Origin: a virus
Length of the DNA: 64,000 nucleotides
Strand: one strand, 5' to 3'
Virus record (IMG/VR): IMGVR_UViG_3300021141_000706
The notes under the pieces were generated by a model. The model saw only the letters and a program-made list of their open reading frames with translations, was not told the origin of the DNA and searched no databases. This document shows positions 39,283 through 49,192 of this stretch, piece after piece (within the stretch, counting starts at the first letter, position 1; each line of letters begins with the position of its first letter). A program made the position numbers and the translations under genes.

Positions 39283-40848
39283 ATGGTATTAAAGAATATA
39301 CACGAAAAACTATTATCAGGTATCCAGACGATGTTGATTGATACTAAGATTAACCTACCTTACTACGGTGAGTTTAACTTACATATTAACTTCATAGAGC
39401 AAGACTCTGTTGGTACTTGTGGTGTCAACGTATCGTCTAAGGGTATGAACTTTTTCTACTCTCCAAAGTTCTTGGAAGATATGTCACAAAAAGAAGTGAA
39501 TTTCATTACTCTTCACGAGGATTTCCACTTATTGTTTAATCACCCAAAACGTACAGTTACTGGTCAATACGACCATAAGATGTCTAACATCGCCCAAGAT
39601 ATGATTATCAATCACGTTATCTGGGAAGATATTCCACACGCTTTCGTTGAAATTCCTAAGAACAAAGATGGTAAGAATATGGCTTTATTCGTTCCGAAAG
39701 AGTACACTGGTAAACTTATCTTTGAAGAGTTGTACGAGTGGTTGAAAGACGAGAAAGAAAAATGGCAGAAAGAGCAAAAGAAAAACTCTGAATGTAAATC
39801 TTGTGGTGGTTCTGGTAAGAAAGACCAAGGTCAAGGTCAACAAGACCAAAAACAAAAAGGTCAAGGTCAACAACCAGGTGATGGTCAAGGCGAAGGCGAG
39901 AAACAAGAAGGTCAAGGCAAAGGTCAACAACCAGGCGAAGGTCAAGGTCAAGGTGAAAGCCAAGACAAACAAGACGGTCAAGGAAAAGGCGAAGGTCAAG
40001 GTCAACAAGGTGGTGGTTCTGGTGAAGGTGAAAGTTGTCCAGACTGTCAAGGTACTGGTAACGAAGGTGGTAAAGACTCAAGTGGTAAACCATCTTACGG
40101 ACCTTACGGAAAGAACCCATCTAAAGATGGTGAGTCTTTAGATACTTGGTCTAAAGAGCAAATCTTCCAAGATATGGAAAATGGTAACGGAGAATACATG
40201 GACAAACACATGGGAGACGATGTTCCAGAAGAAATGCGTGAAGCAATGGTTAAAGACGTTATGGAGCGTTTAGCGGCTCGTGGTTTATCTGCGGGTAATG
40301 TTGAGACTACTCTTAACAAACTTCGTAAGAAACGTAAAGATTATCTTCGTGAAATCAAACGTGCTGTATCAAATATGATTTTCGGTACTGTAAAACAAAA
40401 AACGATTGTTAAACCTAACCGTAGACAAATCGCTGGTTTGAAAGGTAACCGTAAAGTTAAAAACAAAATCAATTGTATCTTAGATACATCTGGTTCAATG
40501 GGTGGTACTTTTGAAAGAGTTCTTTCTTACATCTACCGTAATGATATTGAAATCAACTTGATTGAGGCTGATACTGAAGTTAAGTGGATTGAGAACATCA
40601 AGAACAAACGCAAGTTGGAAACAATGGTGATTAAAGGTCTTGGTGGTACTATCTTACAACCTGCTATCGACTTGGTAGCTGACCAGTTCAATGAGTTCAA
40701 CACTGTTGTCTTAACAGACGGATATTGTGACTCTCTTGACTTGTCAAAAATCAAAGGCAAAGTATTAATGGTTTCAATTGGAGTGAAAGTTCCAATCTCA
40801 AGAAGTAATGGTAAGGTAAAACAAATTATGGTTGAGAAAGAAAGCTAA
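39283..40848 (+). CDS. metallopeptidase-like plus VWA-domain protein (DUF2201-like)
   Basis: LHEDFH, NIAQDMIIN, DTSGSM, GLGGT, LTDG; Q/G/E/K-rich linker between two CxxCxGxG motifs. Confidence 0.88.
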   Translation: MVLKNIHEKLLSGIQTMLIDTKINLPYYGEFNLHINFIEQDSVGTCGVNVSSKGMNFFYSPKFLEDMSQKEVNFITLHEDFHLLFNHPKRTVTGQYDHKMSNIAQDMIINHVIWEDIPHAFVEIPKNKDGKNMALFVPKEYTGKLIFEELYEWLKDEKEKWQKEQKKNSECKSCGGSGKKDQGQGQQDQKQKGQGQQPGDGQGEGEKQEGQGKGQQPGEGQGQGESQDKQDGQGKGEGQGQQGGGSGEGESCPDCQGTGNEGGKDSSGKPSYGPYGKNPSKDGESLDTWSKEQIFQDMENGNGEYMDKHMGDDVPEEMREAMVKDVMERLAARGLSAGNVETTLNKLRKKRKDYLREIKRAVSNMIFGTVKQKTIVKPNRRQIAGLKGNRKVKNKINCILDTSGSMGGTFERVLSYIYRNDIEINLIEADTEVKWIENIKNKRKLETMVIKGLGGTILQPAIDLVADQFNEFNTVVLTDGYCDSLDLSKIKGKVLMVSIGVKVPISRSNGKVKQIMVEKES

Positions 40849-40874
40849 AAAAGAGTCCCGAAAGGGACTTTTTT
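40848..40874 (+). terminator. intrinsic terminator
   Basis: AGTCCC-gaaa-GGGACT-T tract. Confidence 0.85.
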
Positions 40875-40903
40875 ATTTTAAAAACTTTCCGTATATTTGT
40901 CAA

Positions 40904-41170
40904 ATGACTGAATGTGATATTTGGATAAAAGTATTTGATAAATTGGGATTTAAGTTTATAGAAGAATATTCCTCTCAAAGTAAGATAAACTTTTTAGTTT
41001 ATCGCAATGATGATGGTGACTATAACTTATACTTTAATAGAGAAACCGATGAAGTTTTATCTTTATTTATCAGAAATAGTAAAACTGAAAATCAAACTAC
41101 TAAACAGTTATTTATAGAAGAAAATAAAAATCTATTCAGGGATGTAAAACTTGAATTAATGAATATATAA
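40904..41170 (+). CDS. hypothetical protein with C-terminal tag
   Basis: Start reassigned to MTECD after TATATTTG (40892-99); ends FRDVKLELMNI. Confidence 0.65.
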   Translation: MTECDIWIKVFDKLGFKFIEEYSSQSKINFLVYRNDDGDYNLYFNRETDEVLSLFIRNSKTENQTTKQLFIEENKNLFRDVKLELMNI

Positions 41171-41174
41171 TAAG

Positions 41175-41738
41175 ATGAAAGTAATATTTTTAGATAATGA
41201 TGGTGTTGTTTGCTTGTCTACCGAATGGGGTGGACGAGGCAAAAAGAAATCTAAGTACTTGAAAGAATTTCCAGGTACTGAAGATACTATGCCTGCTTGG
41301 GTAAAAATGGATAACTTCAATGATAAAGCTGTTAAGATTCTTAATTCAATCTTATTAGAAACTGATGCTGAAATTGTTGTTAGTTCTGATTGGAAGTTAT
41401 ATTGTACTTTAGATGAACTAAAAGAAATGTTTACTAAGTATGGTGTTATCAAACAACCAATTGATACTACTCCTAGTATTCCTTTGAAGTATGATAAAAA
41501 CTATTACACTGCTGGAGAATTAGCTGACTATAGAATAAGTGAAGTTAATAAGTGGTTAAAAGAACATCCAGAAGTAACTCACTGGGTTGCTGTTGATGAT
41601 TTGCCTTTAGGTGAATTATATGGTCCAATCTCTGGTAACTTTCTTGGTGGTTTGAAGAACTTTGTCTTAACACCAAAGAGTTCCGAAGGTATTAAACAAA
41701 GTGGCATTAAAGAAAAAATATTAAAATTCTTACTGTGA
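41175..41738 (+). CDS. HAD-superfamily phosphatase of RNA-repair (Swiss Army Knife) type
   Basis: IFLDNDGV, IVVSSDWK, EVNKWL, WVAVDD. Confidence 0.82.
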   Translation: MKVIFLDNDGVVCLSTEWGGRGKKKSKYLKEFPGTEDTMPAWVKMDNFNDKAVKILNSILLETDAEIVVSSDWKLYCTLDELKEMFTKYGVIKQPIDTTPSIPLKYDKNYYTAGELADYRISEVNKWLKEHPEVTHWVAVDDLPLGELYGPISGNFLGGLKNFVLTPKSSEGIKQSGIKEKILKFLL

Positions 41739-42202
41739 TATACAGATTAGATTTCGGCAATCTTTATGAGTGGAATAATTGTAATTCTGCTAACTCTAAG
41801 TTACTTGAAATGGTTCATAACTTAGTGCTAGATTCTTTATTACTATATCGTTACAAGGTTAAGAAATCTATTGTTAATAGGTATGGTGTTAGTGATCCTG
41901 AAAAGATTAACTTTGATTTGATTAAACATAAATCAATTATTGTTTATCATTTAGATATCTACAAAGAAAAGCCTACTTTAATAAATGATTTAATTAAATT
42001 CTGCTTAAAAACAGATAGAGATTTGTTTATACCTACCCAAAGAGAAAGATACTGGGGTAAAGATGATGTTTATAGAAAAAAACACGAGTATAGATTTGAT
42101 ATAGCACTTGAGTTAGACACTTATGATTATCAATACTATGATATGAATAAAGATAGCTCTTTAGTACAATTAAAAAGAGAGCTAATAATTAGCTCTCTTT
42201 AA
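41735..42202 (+). CDS. hypothetical protein with degenerate C-terminal tag
   Basis: Ends KRELIISSL. Confidence 0.6.
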   Translation: MIYRLDFGNLYEWNNCNSANSKLLEMVHNLVLDSLLLYRYKVKKSIVNRYGVSDPEKINFDLIKHKSIIVYHLDIYKEKPTLINDLIKFCLKTDRDLFIPTQRERYWGKDDVYRKKHEYRFDIALELDTYDYQYYDMNKDSSLVQLKRELIISSL

Positions 42203-43618
42203 TTAAAATTTTATGTACCAAGCTTTAACTGGTATACCTAGTTGTAAAGCTACTGTAGTTCTTTTATGACCACCAACTAAATGATATGGTTTACCTTCTG
42301 TATTTTTCAAGTTGATTATAAATGGTGCTGGTTTAGATATTGATTTTTCTTTAACTAATTCATCATAAGTAAATAGGTATCTTTCCATATCTTTTGAATT
42401 TGGTGCTAAATCAGTTTTTAATCTACTTCTTAAATCCTCTATACCTTCTACTCCTGATTTGAAAGATATTTTACTTTTAAAACCTCCTTTACCAGAGTTA
42501 GGACCAAATACTTGAGTTAAATCACCCATATTACCAGTTTTTTTAACTTCATCTAAAGACCAGTCTTGTAGTTTACCTGATTTGATTAGGTTAAATACCT
42601 CTTTCTTAATATCTGCTGGTGTATTTTCTTTAAAACTTTCCATATCAGCACCTAAACCAATTTGGTCTGGATTTTTACCTACAACTAAACCTCTGATTTC
42701 TTCTTTATCAGTAGTTTCTTTCTTTAAGTATTTAGATACAATATAATGATATACACTTGGTAGTTTAGAATAAACTTTATCAAAGTTATCTTTAATAAAG
42801 AATAATTCTATATTATTAAGTAATTCATGCATTTCTTGATTAATCAATTCATCAGTTGGACCTTGCCAAGTTATTGAATACTTTTCATTAAAATTCTCAT
42901 AAAACTTTAAATATTTCATTTTATAATTGAATGACTCAGCTACCGAACCTTTTGAATTTTCAATAACTTCTTTACTTGTAGTTGTAAAGTAATAACCTTG
43001 TTTCATAAAGTCATTTCTATTAGCAACTTCAGCACCATTTTTACCTGGAAAAGCTGTCATAACAGAAAGAACTGATTTATCTCCTATTTTACCAAGTTTA
43101 GCACCAATGAAACTCAAGAAAGTAGTTTTTTCACCTTCACCTTCTTTTACTTTAATATTAAATTCATTACCTCTTGAATCTTTATAAGTATAAACATTCA
43201 TTGATTTGAATTCATCAGCATTTGGTTCTAATTTATGAACATTCTCAACACCAACATTTGTTTTAGAGTCTAAACCTAACCATTTGAACTTTTCAGCTTC
43301 TTCTGGATTAGTTACTTTAGATTCACTTGGTCCAAAACCTTTTGTCATTTCAGTTGGTTTATTATTTGAAACTAAACCAATAATTGCTTTTTTCAAATCA
43401 ACTCCTTTTTCAAATTTAGAACCAGGAATTGTCTCATCAACGTGAGCATCTGTGATGTGTGTTAAATCACCAAGTAGAAGAATAAAATCACCAGCTTCAA
43501 ATACTGTTGAGTTGTCAGCTTTTACTTTACCTTTTAAAAATTGATTATTATCAATCATACTTTGTATTTCTTGATAAAGTGTTTCATTTAAGTCTTCAAA
43601 CATTTTTAAGTGTTTCAT
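42203..43618 (-). CDS. two-module protein with N-terminal and internal tags; C-terminal ParB/Srx-like domain
   Basis: MKHLKMFEDLNE; internal MKYLKFYENFNE (ATG at 42919); YHLVGGHKRT.VA. Confidence 0.7.
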   Translation of the reverse strand: MKHLKMFEDLNETLYQEIQSMIDNNQFLKGKVKADNSTVFEAGDFILLLGDLTHITDAHVDETIPGSKFEKGVDLKKAIIGLVSNNKPTEMTKGFGPSESKVTNPEEAEKFKWLGLDSKTNVGVENVHKLEPNADEFKSMNVYTYKDSRGNEFNIKVKEGEGEKTTFLSFIGAKLGKIGDKSVLSVMTAFPGKNGAEVANRNDFMKQGYYFTTTSKEVIENSKGSVAESFNYKMKYLKFYENFNEKYSITWQGPTDELINQEMHELLNNIELFFIKDNFDKVYSKLPSVYHYIVSKYLKKETTDKEEIRGLVVGKNPDQIGLGADMESFKENTPADIKKEVFNLIKSGKLQDWSLDEVKKTGNMGDLTQVFGPNSGKGGFKSKISFKSGVEGIEDLRSRLKTDLAPNSKDMERYLFTYDELVKEKSISKPAPFIINLKNTEGKPYHLVGGHKRTTVALQLGIPVKAWYIKF

Positions 43619-43619
43619 A

Positions 43620-43874
43620 TTAAAATTCTATTTTTTCAACGTCATTTAAATCGACATTGTATTGTTTTCCATCAATCTCAACGGTGATTAAGCCATCTTG
43701 ATCAATATCAATCGGAGTTATACCTTCTTCAGGTTTATTTTCAGGGAAATCATGAACAATAGTTGAATAAATAAGACCTCTATTTTTTATACACTTGATA
43801 ATATCATCTTGTGTTATAAGAGTTCCTTCCTCATTATTCTTCTTAAAATCCTCAAAAAGTTTCATCCATTTCAT
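43620..43874 (-). CDS. hypothetical protein with N-terminal tag
   Basis: Start reassigned to MKWMKLFEDF after TAATATATA. Confidence 0.7.
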   Translation of the reverse strand: MKWMKLFEDFKKNNEEGTLITQDDIIKCIKNRGLIYSTIVHDFPENKPEEGITPIDIDQDGLITVEIDGKQYNVDLNDVEKIEF

Positions 43875-43920
43875 GAATTTATATATTAAAAATAATATAT
43901 ACATAAAATTACTTTATAAA

Positions 43921-45225
43921 ATGGCAGTAAGATGGAAAGGTGGGTGGTCCGGCTCCGGTTCACCTGAAACTAGTTTAATCACATATTATAACGGTGATTC
44001 TGTTTTATATGAAAACATAACATACACCGTCCAAACAAATGTATTGAGTGTACCTATTGGTTCACCTCCCCCACCAAGTGACATGGCTAATTGGGATGTT
44101 CTTGTTGCTGGTGGATCTGATGGTACTTCTGGATCTTCCGGTACAAGTGGATTATCAGGATCAAGTGGAACTTCAGGTTCTTCCGGATCAAGTGGCTCTG
44201 CTGGTACAAGTGGTTCATCTGGGTCTTCTGGTGCTTCAGGGTCAAGTGGTACTTCTGGATCTTCAGGTATTTCAGGTTTTAAAGATAACGATTGGTTATC
44301 CTTAATCCCCACTAGCGGAAGCATAGCTACTACGGGTAATGTGTTTGTTTTAAGTGGGACTACGACCTCGTATGGTGAGGTCTCCTATAACAATTCCACA
44401 GGAATAATTACCCTAGCATCCAATAAGACTTATAATATAAGAGCATCATTATCACTTGCTAATGATGTGCTCAATGCCGAAGTTCAATATCAATGGATAA
44501 ATGTAACATCAGGTAATACTACGATAGGAAATTCAGGAGGAGTTTTAGTAGTTTCCAGCACAGCAACAGCAGCTTGGCAACCTGTCGCAGAAGCTATCAT
44601 TACAACATCTGCTTCAACTCAAATTGCTTTAAAATCAAACTTTAGTAATTCATCCGGAAGTTTAAACTTTTACATGTGTTACTTTTTAGTCCAAGAGATA
44701 TACGGATATTCAGGATCGAGTGGATCATCTGGTACTTCTGGATCATCTGGTACATCAGCACCTGGTATAACATCTGGATCTTCTGGTACTTCAGGATCTT
44801 CTGGTTCATCAGGTAGTTCTGGAACAAGTGGTTCTTCGGGTACATCAGGATTGAGTGGTAATGTACCAGTCACGGGAAGTTGGACTTTATCTACAGGTGC
44901 CAATACTGTTAGTTTTACAGTTCCCAGTGCGAATTCATATGTTATGTGGGTGAACGGAAATATTCCAAATGGTATTGTTAATTGGAATGCCACGGTAACA
45001 TTATCAAACTCAAATGTGCCAGTAATAGGTTCGCAATATGGTTGGTACTATTCAGCAGGAAATGCTTTAGTTTTAACATCAATACCAAGTCAAATAGTTG
45101 GAACTCTAGGAAGTATTAGTACCTCAATGCCAGCAGTTTCAAATTCAAATACATTTACATTTGGTATAACAAATAACAGTGTTACATCACAAACAGTTTA
45201 TTACGGATATATTAAAGTAAGTTAG
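43921..45225 (+). CDS. virion fibre-like protein with collagen-like Gly-x-Ser repeats
   Basis: Start MAVRWKGGW after TAATATATA; two (GSS/GTS)n tracts separated by beta-rich domains. Confidence 0.75.
   Translation: MAVRWKGGWSGSGSPETSLITYYNGDSVLYENITYTVQTNVLSVPIGSPPPPSDMANWDVLVAGGSDGTSGSSGTSGLSGSSGTSGSSGSSGSAGTSGSSGSSGASGSSGTSGSSGISGFKDNDWLSLIPTSGSIATTGNVFVLSGTTTSYGEVSYNNSTGIITLASNKTYNIRASLSLANDVLNAEVQYQWINVTSGNTTIGNSGGVLVVSSTATAAWQPVAEAIITTSASTQIALKSNFSNSSGSLNFYMCYFLVQEIYGYSGSSGSSGTSGSSGTSAPGITSGSSGTSGSSGSSGSSGTSGSSGTSGLSGNVPVTGSWTLSTGANTVSFTVPSANSYVMWVNGNIPNGIVNWNATVTLSNSNVPVIGSQYGWYYSAGNALVLTSIPSQIVGTLGSISTSMPAVSNSNTFTFGITNNSVTSQTVYYGYIKVS
44113..44280 (+). repeat. coding Gly-x-Ser triplet repeat tract 1 (tract 2 at about 44707-44860)
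   Basis: GSSGTSGLSGSSGTSG... Confidence 0.85.
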
Positions 45226-45243
45226 AAAATTAATATATAACAT

Positions 45244-46008
45244 ATGAAATACTTAAAAAGATTTAACGAAGAACTTAGACCAAGAACATATCTATCTGCT
45301 GCTAAAAAATTAACAGCTATTGGACATACTGATAGAGCTAACACCCTAAAAGATTGGGCTAATGAAACTGAAAAAAGAGAAGAAATTGCTAAATGGAAAG
45401 AACAACTTCAAAATTATTCACCATTTGGTATTTATAAAGTGAATGTTGTTAATCCAGAAAGTGGTGAAAAATTCACTGCTGATTTTGCGTTAGATTTAAG
45501 TTTTGATGAATTAGCATTTGAAGATAACTTTGAATATGAAAAACAAAAAGATCCAAACAATATTAGTGAAGTAAGTATTTTCTTTTTTGTTGGTTTAATT
45601 CCTACATCAGAAGAAGTTCTTAAAAAATGTGAAGAAGTAATGCCTGAACCTGAATTTGGTAACGGTATGTACTGGGGCATGTCTTGTGGTATAGATTTCA
45701 AAGTCGAAAATGGACAAGTTATACTTGATAAATTTGCCTTAGATGATTATGACGATAACTTATCTGGTAATGTTTCTTTTGCTGATAGAGCTTCTGCTGG
45801 TAAATTCAAAAACTTATTAAAAAGTATTTTTAGTAACCCTGACTTAAATTATCCAAGTGGATATACTGATGCTGATAGTATCTATCAGAAATTAGAACAA
45901 GTTATTTTAATTCAACAAGGATTCTCATCTGATTATGGATTTGAATTAAAAAATATTGCCGACTTTATTAACACTCAATCACCAAATACAATGTATAAAA
46001 CTATTTAA
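45244..46008 (+). CDS. N-tagged hypothetical protein, paralog 1 of 3
   Basis: MKYLKRFNEELRPRTYLSAAKKLTAIGH; TAATATATA upstream. Confidence 0.75.
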   Translation: MKYLKRFNEELRPRTYLSAAKKLTAIGHTDRANTLKDWANETEKREEIAKWKEQLQNYSPFGIYKVNVVNPESGEKFTADFALDLSFDELAFEDNFEYEKQKDPNNISEVSIFFFVGLIPTSEEVLKKCEEVMPEPEFGNGMYWGMSCGIDFKVENGQVILDKFALDDYDDNLSGNVSFADRASAGKFKNLLKSIFSNPDLNYPSGYTDADSIYQKLEQVILIQQGFSSDYGFELKNIADFINTQSPNTMYKTI

Positions 46009-46009
46009 T

Positions 46010-46837
46010 ATGAAACATCTAAAAAGTATTAATGAATTAAAATCTAGTACATATGCTTCTGCTGCTAATAAGTTGAAGAATATGGGTCATATTAGAAGAT
46101 CTGGTGAATTAGAACAATGGACTAAAGAAGTCCAAAATAAAGAAAAAGATGCTAGAGAATTAGAAAATTTTAATTCATTCAAACACGGTGTTCCTTTCAA
46201 AATTAACTTAGTTAAAGTTAAATATAATAGTGCTACTAAAAGTAGAGATCATGACATAATGGTTACAGGTAACTTTTATCTAAAGCCTTCTTTTGATTTT
46301 TCATGGGCTCAAGATCAATACAATGATAATGCTGATGAGAATGGAAATACTGAATACTCTTACTATATGCCTTTTGAAGTAGGTATAATGGCAGCAGATG
46401 AAGAAACAAAAGAGAAATTCAGATCAATTGAAGAAAATCTTTCTGATGAAGTATATGAAGGAGTTTATTGGTTACAAAGACTTTATTATAAAATAATTAA
46501 TGAAGGTTCTAAAGAAATAACTCCAACTGGTGAATTTTCTTGGGAATGTAGAGAAAGTGATGAAATAATGTTTGAAAATAGAGCCGAGGCTTTAAGATTC
46601 AAAAAGATGTTTGTTGATGCGGTTCACGGTAGAAATACTTTTGGTAATTCAAAATGGGTACCAAGTATGCATGAAGAATTAAAGAAATTCTTTTTAGGTG
46701 ATTGGTTACAGAGATATAATCGTGATACAAAATCATATGATAAAGTAGACAGACAAGAAGTATTTAACGAAGAAGCTTTCAAAAGATTCTTAGATTCAAC
46801 TAATAAAATGTCAATAAATCAATTATATAGAAACTAA
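46010..46837 (+). CDS. N-tagged hypothetical protein, paralog 2 of 3
   Basis: Start reassigned to MKHLKSINELKSSTYASAANKLKNMGH. Confidence 0.75.
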   Translation: MKHLKSINELKSSTYASAANKLKNMGHIRRSGELEQWTKEVQNKEKDARELENFNSFKHGVPFKINLVKVKYNSATKSRDHDIMVTGNFYLKPSFDFSWAQDQYNDNADENGNTEYSYYMPFEVGIMAADEETKEKFRSIEENLSDEVYEGVYWLQRLYYKIINEGSKEITPTGEFSWECRESDEIMFENRAEALRFKKMFVDAVHGRNTFGNSKWVPSMHEELKKFFLGDWLQRYNRDTKSYDKVDRQEVFNEEAFKRFLDSTNKMSINQLYRN

Positions 46838-47604
46838 TGAAGTATCTAAAGAAATATAATGAAGAGTTAAAGGCTGATACTTATAAATCAGCGGCTGATA
46901 AATTGGCTAAGATGGGTCATGTTAAAAGACCAGAAGAGTTAATGAAGTTTCATGTTGTGGCTAAAGAAAGAGAAAAAGAAGAAGCTAAAAGAAAAGCCAT
47001 TGAAGAAGCATCTGAATTAGGTACTTATAAAATGACCTTAAAAGGTCGTGGTGATATTAAATTCACTGGTGATTTCTATGTTTATTTTTACTGGAATAAT
47101 GATAATTTTGATGAAAGCTATGGAGATTGGAAATCATTTGATAGCAGTTCTCTTTGGTTACAATTTGACTTTTCTGTTTTACCAGCATCTGAAGAATCTA
47201 AAGAATTTACTCAAAATGTTCTTAATAAAGAAATAGGTCTTAATTATGACGGTAAATGTTATTTAGGTTCATTTGGTCTTAATCTAACACAAGGTGGTGC
47301 CTCTTATGATGAAAATGATAAACCAACATATGTTCTAAAACCTAATGGTGGATTCTATTTTGAGGAGTATGATAGTATAGCATGGTATATGGCTGATAGA
47401 GGATCTGCTCAGAAATTTAAGAAGATGCTTTATGATGTATTTGAGGGTAATATTGTTTGGAGAGAAACTCCACAATTACCTGGTGGTGTGAAAGAACAAA
47501 TCTTAGACTTCCTTTGTTCAGATATGGATCATACCTTAGAAGAGTTTGAAGAATTTATAGAATCTCTAAAACGAATAAGTGTAAATAAACTTTATAAAGA
47601 CTAG
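46837..47604 (+). CDS. N-tagged hypothetical protein, paralog 3 of 3
   Basis: MKYLKKYNEELKADTYKSAADKLAKMGH. Confidence 0.75.
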   Translation: MKYLKKYNEELKADTYKSAADKLAKMGHVKRPEELMKFHVVAKEREKEEAKRKAIEEASELGTYKMTLKGRGDIKFTGDFYVYFYWNNDNFDESYGDWKSFDSSSLWLQFDFSVLPASEESKEFTQNVLNKEIGLNYDGKCYLGSFGLNLTQGGASYDENDKPTYVLKPNGGFYFEEYDSIAWYMADRGSAQKFKKMLYDVFEGNIVWRETPQLPGGVKEQILDFLCSDMDHTLEEFEEFIESLKRISVNKLYKD

Positions 47605-47972
47605 TGAAATATCTAAAAAGATTTAATGAATCCTCTGACTTTACTCCAGAAGAAATAATGAAAGAATTAACTCTTGGATTATTAGATGCTGGTTTACAAG
47701 TTAATGTTTATTCTGGTGAATATAAAAAATCAAATCACCCAAGATTTGAAGGTGAGTTACATGTTGAGATAACTGATAATAATAAAGTATTTTGTAAAAA
47801 CTATCCTGAAGATGATATGGATTGGTTATATGGTAAACCTGTTATTATGGATTTCTTTGATGAGCTAACAGACTTTGGTTTAATAAGAGATAAAGATTAC
47901 AAAGTATATGGTGGTGGATTAAATGTTAATTTAGTCTTCCAAAAAGAAGGACTTAATAAAGTTAAACTATAA
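47604..47972 (+). CDS. N-tagged hypothetical protein
   Basis: GTG start, MKYLKRFNES. Confidence 0.7.
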   Translation: MKYLKRFNESSDFTPEEIMKELTLGLLDAGLQVNVYSGEYKKSNHPRFEGELHVEITDNNKVFCKNYPEDDMDWLYGKPVIMDFFDELTDFGLIRDKDYKVYGGGLNVNLVFQKEGLNKVKL

Positions 47973-47996
47973 CCTGAAACTCTTTCAGGTTTTTTT
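47971..47996 (+). terminator. intrinsic terminator
   Basis: ACCTGAAA-ctc-TTTCAGGT-T tract. Confidence 0.75.
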
Positions 47997-48022
47997 ATTA
48001 TATTTGTAGAATATATACACAT

Positions 48023-49192
48023 ATGAAATTAAAAAGATATAATCAATTTTTAGAATCTAAATCTGATATGTGGGATATCATTCCACAATCAGTGAAAGAG
48101 TTACACGAACTATTTCAATCAGCAGGTAAGAAACTTTACTTAGTTGGTGGTTCAGTGCGTGACTTCTTAACTGGTGATAAACCAAAAGATTTTGACTTAG
48201 CAACCGATGCTCTTCCAGATGAAGTTTTGGAAATTGTCGGAGATAAATTTAGAACTAACCTTCAAGGTAAAGCCTTCGGAGTTGTTGTAGTTTACACTAA
48301 AGAAGTTCCAGAAGGAATGGAAATTGCTACATTCAGAGAAGATGTTTCAAAAGGTCGTAACCCAGAAGTTAAATTGGGTGTTACTATTGAAGATGATGTT
48401 AAGCGTAGAGACTTAACTTACAACTCTCTTTTCTATGATTTAGATACAAGACAAATCGTTGACTTAGTTGGTGGTAAAGAAGATTTACAATCTGGTATTA
48501 CGAGAATGGTTGGTGATCCTATTGAAAGATTTGATGAAGATTCATTAAGAATTTTAAGAGCATTTAGATTTGCTTCAAGATATGAACATCCTTTACATAA
48601 AGATACTGAAAGTGCTATTGAGAAAAGAAAACAACTTCAAAACATTGATCCAGAGACTGGTGAAATGAAAAGAATTTCTCAAGAAAGAGTTTGGGAAGAA
48701 ATGAAGAAAGCTTGGAAACAAGCCAAAGATTACAGATACTACTTATCATTCTTTACTAAGTTTGATATGTGGGATGAAGTATTTCCTGTTGCTAACATCA
48801 ATACTAATTTAGTTGATTCAAAAGACTTTATAGTTGTTGTTGCTAACTTATTTAAGAACGAATCCACTTTAGGTTTGACTGATAGACTAGCTCAAGAATA
48901 TAAGATTGAATTAGAAACAGCTACTAAAGTAACTTTCTTACTTTCGTTATTAAATTTCAAAGTAGAAGATGTATTTGATATTTACAAGAAAAGACAACAA
49001 TGTGCTATCACTGATGCTACTATTTTAGAGTGGTTAAAAGTCGAAGGTATTGATACTGATACTTTAGTTAAGTTTGTTGAATACAAACCAAGTGTATCTG
49101 CTCAAGAACTTATGTCTCAAGGATTCAAGGGTAAAGATCTTGGTGATGAAATCAAAAGATTAGAGATAGAAAAATTTAAACAAATGCTATGA
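48023..49192 (+). CDS. cca: CCA-adding tRNA nucleotidyltransferase with N-terminal tag
   Basis: VGGSVRD..DFDLAT, EIATFR, RRDLTYN, ERFDEDSLRILRAFRF, ISQERV; MKLKRYNQFLES. Confidence 0.88.
   Translation: MKLKRYNQFLESKSDMWDIIPQSVKELHELFQSAGKKLYLVGGSVRDFLTGDKPKDFDLATDALPDEVLEIVGDKFRTNLQGKAFGVVVVYTKEVPEGMEIATFREDVSKGRNPEVKLGVTIEDDVKRRDLTYNSLFYDLDTRQIVDLVGGKEDLQSGITRMVGDPIERFDEDSLRILRAFRFASRYEHPLHKDTESAIEKRKQLQNIDPETGEMKRISQERVWEEMKKAWKQAKDYRYYLSFFTKFDMWDEVFPVANINTNLVDSKDFIVVVANLFKNESTLGLTDRLAQEYKIELETATKVTFLLSLLNFKVEDVFDIYKKRQQCAITDATILEWLKVEGIDTDTLVKFVEYKPSVSAQELMSQGFKGKDLGDEIKRLEIEKFKQML

Noticed and set aside
39685-40760. Overlapping ORFs 39685-40050, 39716-40120, 39803-40141, 40104-40319 and 40533-40760
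   Set aside because: Shadow frames of the low-complexity linker and biased codons of the VWA gene
43986-44993. Antisense and alternate-frame ORFs over the Gly-Ser repeat gene
   Set aside because: Shadows of the GSS/GTS repeats
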